From: a virus
Strand: one strand, 5' to 3'
Length of the DNA stretch: 57,073 nucleotides
IMG/VR virus record: IMGVR_UViG_3300036861_000774
Position 1 is the stretch's first letter. Each line of letters begins with the position of its first letter. Both the position numbers and the translations under genes were made by a program. This document shows, one piece after another, positions 52,569 through 57,073 of the stretch. The notes under the pieces are model-generated. The model saw only the letters and a program-made list of their open reading frames with translations. It was not told the DNA's origin and ran no database searches.

Positions 52569-52611
52569 CCGAAACATTCGGTTGACAAAGGCCGAATCAT
52601 TCGGCTACGCT
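52569..52611. promoter_or_regulatory. Switch region: two near-identical palindromic operators flanking a rightward promoter
   Basis: GCCGAAaCATTCGG (52568-52581) and GCCGAAtCATTCGG (52591-52604) each have CCGAA/TTCGG arms. TTGACA is at 52582-52587 and TACGCT at 52606-52611, with 18-nt spacing. Confidence 0.5.
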
Positions 52612-52629
52612 CTGCACCTGAACCTGAAC

Positions 52630-52869
52630 ATGAGGACGGCCACGCGGGAAGTCAAGCGACGCACGACGCAGCGCAAGAACGCGCTCAAGACCAGCGGCCA
52701 CACCTATGACGACCTCGCGCGGCTCGCCGGCGTCTCGTGGCGAATGGTCAAGTTTTGGATCGACGGTGAACGGACCAGCGCAAAGATTGCGAAAGCCTTT
52801 ACCACGCTGACCGGAGAATCGGATTCCATCGACCGTCAACCCCTATCTATCCCATCTGGTCGCGCGTGA
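52630..52869 (+). CDS. Cro-like HTH regulator
   Basis: HTH segment HTYDDLARLAGVSWRMVKFWIDGER. It is the first rightward gene after the operators. The ATG lies only about 19 nt from the -10 element and has no Shine-Dalgarno motif. Confidence 0.55.
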   Translation: MRTATREVKRRTTQRKNALKTSGHTYDDLARLAGVSWRMVKFWIDGERTSAKIAKAFTTLTGESDSIDRQPLSIPSGRA

Positions 52870-52904
52870 TGTCCAGCGAAGCCTCCTCTTTTTTTGTTCT
52901 TCGT

Positions 52905-52940
52905 CTTCACATGGCTTCAACACGCTTCACGGTCCTTCAC
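52905..52940 (+). repeat. Four CTTCA(C/A) hexamers at exact 10-bp spacing
   Basis: Read directly: CTTCAC at 52905, CTTCAA at 52915, CTTCAC at 52925 and CTTCAC at 52935. The array ends 1 nt before ATG 52942. Confidence 0.8.
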
Positions 52941-52941
52941 G

Positions 52942-53316
52942 ATGGCCGGGCGCGTTTTTCCTAGCCTGAGGGAGGCGCTGCATGGAACTGCGACCGGATA
53001 TAGCCACGGCATGAAGATGCTCGCTGCGGCACTGGATTACTCGCCCTCCGAACTTTCGATGCGCACCACCCTCGGAGGAGACAGCGCGCGTCCCTATCCG
53101 GCCGATGACGAACACCTCCTCAAGATCATGCAGGAGACCGGAGATCATAGCTTCTTACTGACGCTCTGTTCGCTCCTCGGCTACGAGCCGCCGGCGCCGA
53201 AGAAGGAGCGTATCGGCGAGCTGGTGCAGCAGCTCGAGGGGGACCTACGACGCGTGGAATCAGGCATGCAGCAATTGCGCCTAGCCTTTGGCGACGAGAA
53301 GGGGAAAAAGCGGTGA
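52942..53316 (+). CDS. CII-like (CP76-type) phage regulatory protein
   Basis: LAAALDYSPSELSMRTTLGGDSARPYPADDEHLLKIMQETGDHSFLLTLCSLLGY resembles the CP76/CII family pattern. The start could also be TTG 52894. Confidence 0.5.
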   Translation: MAGRVFPSLREALHGTATGYSHGMKMLAAALDYSPSELSMRTTLGGDSARPYPADDEHLLKIMQETGDHSFLLTLCSLLGYEPPAPKKERIGELVQQLEGDLRRVESGMQQLRLAFGDEKGKKR

Positions 53317-53531
53317 CCCACTTCGACCCTTGGCCGGCCACACAGGTCGAGAGGAACTTCCGCACCTGGATCGAGATGGCGCCCCTGGAGCATGTCGAGT
53401 CCGTCGTGCGGGCGCTGGTGTGGGCGACGACCCTCCGCCGGATTCCGGGCTCGACGCATCTCCAGTGTGCCCTCTCGGAGATCGAAGAGGCCAACCGCTC
53501 GGCGCGGTCGGTGACGGATGGGATGGCGTGA
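53313..53531 (+). CDS. Hypothetical protein (72 aa)
   Basis: GTGA overlap upstream and TGATG overlap downstream. Confidence 0.4.
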   Translation: MTHFDPWPATQVERNFRTWIEMAPLEHVESVVRALVWATTLRRIPGSTHLQCALSEIEEANRSARSVTDGMA

Positions 53532-53841
53532 TGACCATTCGCAAACTCGCCGTATGGCTCTGGGGCGCCCCGAGACCGCTCCCTCCTCCCAGGGCCGCGG
53601 CGAGTCATTTCGGCCCGTTGCTGTGGCGCCACATCGACGTTCCGCCGCGCACGAGCCGGCACATGACCGCGTGGCTCTGTGCGGGCGTGCTGGTCGCTGG
53701 CTCGGGTCTGTTCGCCGTCCAGAAGGCTCACGACGCGGCGAAGGCAAGAGCCGAGGCGTGCGTACATAGATTCGCTCGGGAATCCGCGCGCGATCCGATC
53801 GTCAGGCGGCTGGACCTGCGGATGCTGAAGGGGGAGGAGCC

Positions 53842-53845
<4 letters not shown>
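53531..53845 (+). CDS. Hypothetical protein with one transmembrane segment (104 aa)
   Basis: The start is taken at ATG 53531 inside ORF 53288..53845. Hydrophobic segment WLCAGVLVAGSGLFAV. Confidence 0.4.
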
Positions 53846-54575
<730 letters not shown>

Positions 54576-54579
<4 letters not shown>

Positions 54580-54848
54580 CCGAGTTCCGTCTGCTGGTGA
54601 ACGCGCTGGGGGCGATGGACCGGGCGCTCGAAAGGAGAGTCATGGAACGGTACATCGGGACAAAGATCGTGCTGGCCGAGCCGGAAATGAAGGATGGTCG
54701 CGACGGATACGCCGTCGTGTATGAGGACGGCTATCGCTCGTGGTCACCGAAGGAGACGTTCGAGCACGCGTATCGGCTACTGACCTACGGCGAGCTCAAT
54801 CTGGTCATCGACAAGTCGCCAACCCCGGCGTGGAAACGCGGTTCCTGA
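54576..54848 (+). CDS. N4 gp49 / Sf6 gp66-like protein
   Basis: YIGTKIVLAEPEMKDGRDGYAVVYEDGYRSWSPKETFEHAYRLL matches that family signature. The true start may be the internal ATG near 54642. Confidence 0.55.
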
Positions 54849-54973
54849 TGAACCCCCTCGCCGCCGTGCGCGACCGCGCGTTCGATCGGGACGACGAGCC
54901 GGAGGTGAGGCGGGAGGTGAAGGAGCAGGAAGCGGAGAGGAACGCGGAGTGGCGGAAGCGCCATACGCCGTGA
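54848..54973 (+). CDS. Micro-ORF (41 aa), charged
   Basis: TGATG coupling. Sequence: MNPLAAVRDRAFDRDDEPEVRREVKEQEAERNAEWRKRHTP. Confidence 0.3.
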   Translation: MNPLAAVRDRAFDRDDEPEVRREVKEQEAERNAEWRKRHTP

Positions 54974-55050
54974 GTGTCAAGTGGGGCGGTGATCGATACG
55001 TTCGGGGTATCAATTGGCGGCGCGTCGCCCAGATGAAAAGGAAGGACGCC

Positions 55051-55353
55051 ATGACGATCCAGAAGATTGATGTCGGGAATTACGTCGAGTGCGACTTCTG
55101 CTCAAAGCAGTACACGGGAAAGCCCGATGTCGGCGGACTCCTTTTCGGATCGAAGGGCGCGTGCCCGGAGTGCGCGCCGAGACTGGAACAAGATGCCGAG
55201 AAGTACGGTGAGACGGAGCACATCAAGGCGAGATGTCCCGAGGGGATGTCATTTGCCGCGTGGATAGTGTGGCTTCGGGATGGCAACAACACGATCACGA
55301 TTCGGACCGGGGACGATGCTCTCGATATGTTTCGTCCCCGGCGCCGGCCGTAG
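55051..55353 (+). CDS. Cys-rich hypothetical protein (about 100 aa)
   Basis: AAGGAAGGA lies upstream of ATG 55051. Contains CDFCSKQY ... CPECAP ... RCPEG. Confidence 0.45.
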   Translation: MTIQKIDVGNYVECDFCSKQYTGKPDVGGLLFGSKGACPECAPRLEQDAEKYGETEHIKARCPEGMSFAAWIVWLRDGNNTITIRTGDDALDMFRPRRRP

Positions 55354-55363
55354 AGGAGAACAC

Positions 55364-56191
55364 ATGGCAGAGACAGTGATCGCGACCCGAGAGGCAACCC
55401 TGATGCGCCTCGATCCCCAGGCGCTCATCGCCAAAGCCATCGACGCTGGCGCCGGCATCGATACCATCGAACGCCTCGTCGCACTGGCGAAAGATATCCG
55501 CGAGGTGCAGGCCAAGGAAGCCTGGTACGCCGCGATGGCGGAGTTTCAGGAGACCTGCCCGACCATCTACAAGACGAACAAAGCGAACATCCCAACGCGT
55601 AGCGGTGGCGGGTTCTCATACAGCTATGCCCCGCTGGACGAGATCCTCAGCGTCGTTCAGCCCGTGATGGGGAAGCTCGGTCTGTCGGTGTCGTGGACGC
55701 ATCGTTTCGAGGCAGCGACTGCGGTATCGAATTGCCGCATCTCCCACGAACTCGGTCACCACGAGGAATCCGGCGACGTGACCATTCCCATCGACAAGAG
55801 CGAGGACGGCCGCGGGGCCAGCTCCGCGCAGCGCGTGGGCATCGCCATGACCTATTCCAAGCGGTACTCGCTACTCGCCGCCATCGGCAAGGCGCCAGAG
55901 GACGACGAGGACGGCGACGCGGGTGACACCCGTGATACCAGGCAGGCCAGCGATTCCCAGGGCGCTCGGAAGCCAGCCGGTTCGGGGAGCGGCGCCACCG
56001 AGTCGCCCGTCATCAGCGGGCCGCAGCTCAACCGTTTTTGGGCGATCGCGCGCGGGATGAAGCCTGTCGGCTGGACCGAGGAGCAGGTTCACGACTTGTT
56101 GACGGCGCATCAGATCAACCACGCGAAAGAGATCCCAGTCGTCAAGTACGAGGCGCTGTGCGACGTTCTCAAGGCGGGGCCGAAGAAGTGA
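55364..56191 (+). CDS. erf: ERF-family single-strand annealing protein
   Basis: GAGGAG lies upstream. FSYSYAPLDEILSVVQPVMGKLGLS ... AQRVGIAMTYSKRYSLLAAIG ... EDDEDGD parallels the P22 Erf motifs. Confidence 0.75.
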   Translation: MAETVIATREATLMRLDPQALIAKAIDAGAGIDTIERLVALAKDIREVQAKEAWYAAMAEFQETCPTIYKTNKANIPTRSGGGFSYSYAPLDEILSVVQPVMGKLGLSVSWTHRFEAATAVSNCRISHELGHHEESGDVTIPIDKSEDGRGASSAQRVGIAMTYSKRYSLLAAIGKAPEDDEDGDAGDTRDTRQASDSQGARKPAGSGSGATESPVISGPQLNRFWAIARGMKPVGWTEEQVHDLLTAHQINHAKEIPVVKYEALCDVLKAGPKK

Positions 56192-56730
56192 TCTTCCCGC
56201 GGGTGACCGAGATTCTGCGCGCTACCGGGCTGGCTGGCGACTTCTCCCGCATCCCGGTGCCGGTGCTGGAGGCGGCGCGCGTCCGCGGGGTCGCAGTCCA
56301 TGAAGCGATCGAAGCGCTTGTGTACCACTACGAAGGGGAACCGCTTGCCGCCGACGAGGTGCCATACGTCGGCGCCTACGAGCGATTCGTCAAGGATTCG
56401 GGTTTTGATCCCATCGCCTGTGAGATCGAGGTCATTCACGCGGCGTGGGGCTACCGGGGTCACCCCGATCTGGTCGGCTGGCTGGTCAGCAAGCGAGCGA
56501 TTCTCGACGTCAAGACCGGAGACCAGACCGGCGCCGCTTATCAGCTCGCCGCGTATCGGCTGGCCTGGAACGCCGAGCATCCTACGGAGCCTGTGGAGGT
56601 CATCGCGGTGCTGGAGCTTCGCGACCACGGAGACCCTCCGTATAGGCTGCACGAGATCGAGAGCGCGGGCGCCGAGCGCGTCTGGCTCGCCGCGATGATC
56701 GTGTTCCAGGCGCAACAGGAGGCCGCATGA
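56188..56730 (+). CDS. PD-(D/E)XK exonuclease (YqaJ/Cas4-like)
   Basis: GTGA overlap with erf. VTEILRATG ... GVAVHEAIE ... GHPDLVGW ... ILDVKTG ... YQLAAY fits the D ... D-x-K nuclease core. Confidence 0.65.
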   Translation: MIFPRVTEILRATGLAGDFSRIPVPVLEAARVRGVAVHEAIEALVYHYEGEPLAADEVPYVGAYERFVKDSGFDPIACEIEVIHAAWGYRGHPDLVGWLVSKRAILDVKTGDQTGAAYQLAAYRLAWNAEHPTEPVEVIAVLELRDHGDPPYRLHEIESAGAERVWLAAMIVFQAQQEAA

Positions 56731-57073
56731 GCACCGAAGTCGTCGCACTCGAACGTCAGGCGTCGGACATGGTGACGGAGATCAATGGGCTGGCGGTGAT
56801 CGACCCGCCCAGCTTCGAGCGGGCGGGCATCATGGCGCGCACCGTGGCCGGCTACATAAAGCGGGTCGGCGAGGTGCTTGACCCGATCGTGGCCGCTGCC
56901 CATGATGCGCACAAGATCGCGGTCGCGCAGCGGGACGCCCTCCTGAAGCCCGCGCAGGGCGCCAAGCGTGTTCTCGGCGACCGGATGGCCGCCTACGAAG
57001 CCGAGCAGGCCAGGATTCGACGCGCGGCCGAGCTGGCGGTCCAACGGGAGCGGGAGCGCCTGGAGGCTGAGGA
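56727..57073 (+). CDS. N-terminal part of the junction-spanning coiled-coil early protein (continues at 3..503)
   Basis: ATGA overlap with the exonuclease stop. The ORF is open to the window end and is in phase with 3..503 through the 127-bp overlap. Confidence 0.6.
   Translation, partial: MSTEVVALERQASDMVTEINGLAVIDPPSFERAGIMARTVAGYIKRVGEVLDPIVAAAHDAHKIAVAQRDALLKPAQGAKRVLGDRMAAYEAEQARIRRAAELAVQRERERLEAE
56947..57073. repeat. Terminal direct repeat, right copy (identical to 1..127)
   Basis: Read directly. Confidence 0.9.

Overview
The window is a complete high-GC double-stranded DNA phage or prophage genome. Its first 127 bp are identical to its last 127 bp, so the unit length is 56,946 bp and one gene spans the junction. 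Almost all genes are on the + strand and are tightly translationally coupled through ATGA, GTGA or TGATG overlaps.

Modules, in circular order:
- Immunity switch (about 51.4-53.3 kb): a leftward regulator plus a membrane protein, two 14-bp operators, and Cro-like and CII-like genes.
- Early and recombination genes: an ERF-type annealase, a PD-(D/E)XK exonuclease and the junction-spanning coiled-coil protein.
- Tyrosine integrase.
- A DNA-metabolism and DNA-modification block: four HNH endonucleases, a DksA/TraR zinc finger, a broken DUF5131 gene, an SNF2-helicase/DNA-methyltransferase fusion and a short C5-cytosine methyltransferase.
- A three-gene minus-strand cassette that includes a ParB-like nuclease.
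- Packaging genes: HNH, a P27-like small terminase and the large terminase.
- A Mu-like head module: DUF935-type portal, gpI-like protease/scaffold, decoration protein, capsid and DUF1320 connector. A 978-aa GT4/SAM-methyltransferase/GT2 enzyme is embedded in it.
- A siphovirus tail module: tube, chaperone with a -1 frameshift, tape measure, DUF1833 and an NlpC/P60-gpJ fusion.
- An accessory glycan/fibre block that includes a 686-aa proline-rich repeat protein.
- A membrane/lysis block with no canonical endolysin.

I saw no rRNA, tRNA, CRISPR array, transposase or reverse transcriptase. All domain calls come from reading motifs in the supplied translations. No database search was run. Start codons are chosen from overlaps and Shine-Dalgarno-like motifs and are provisional.
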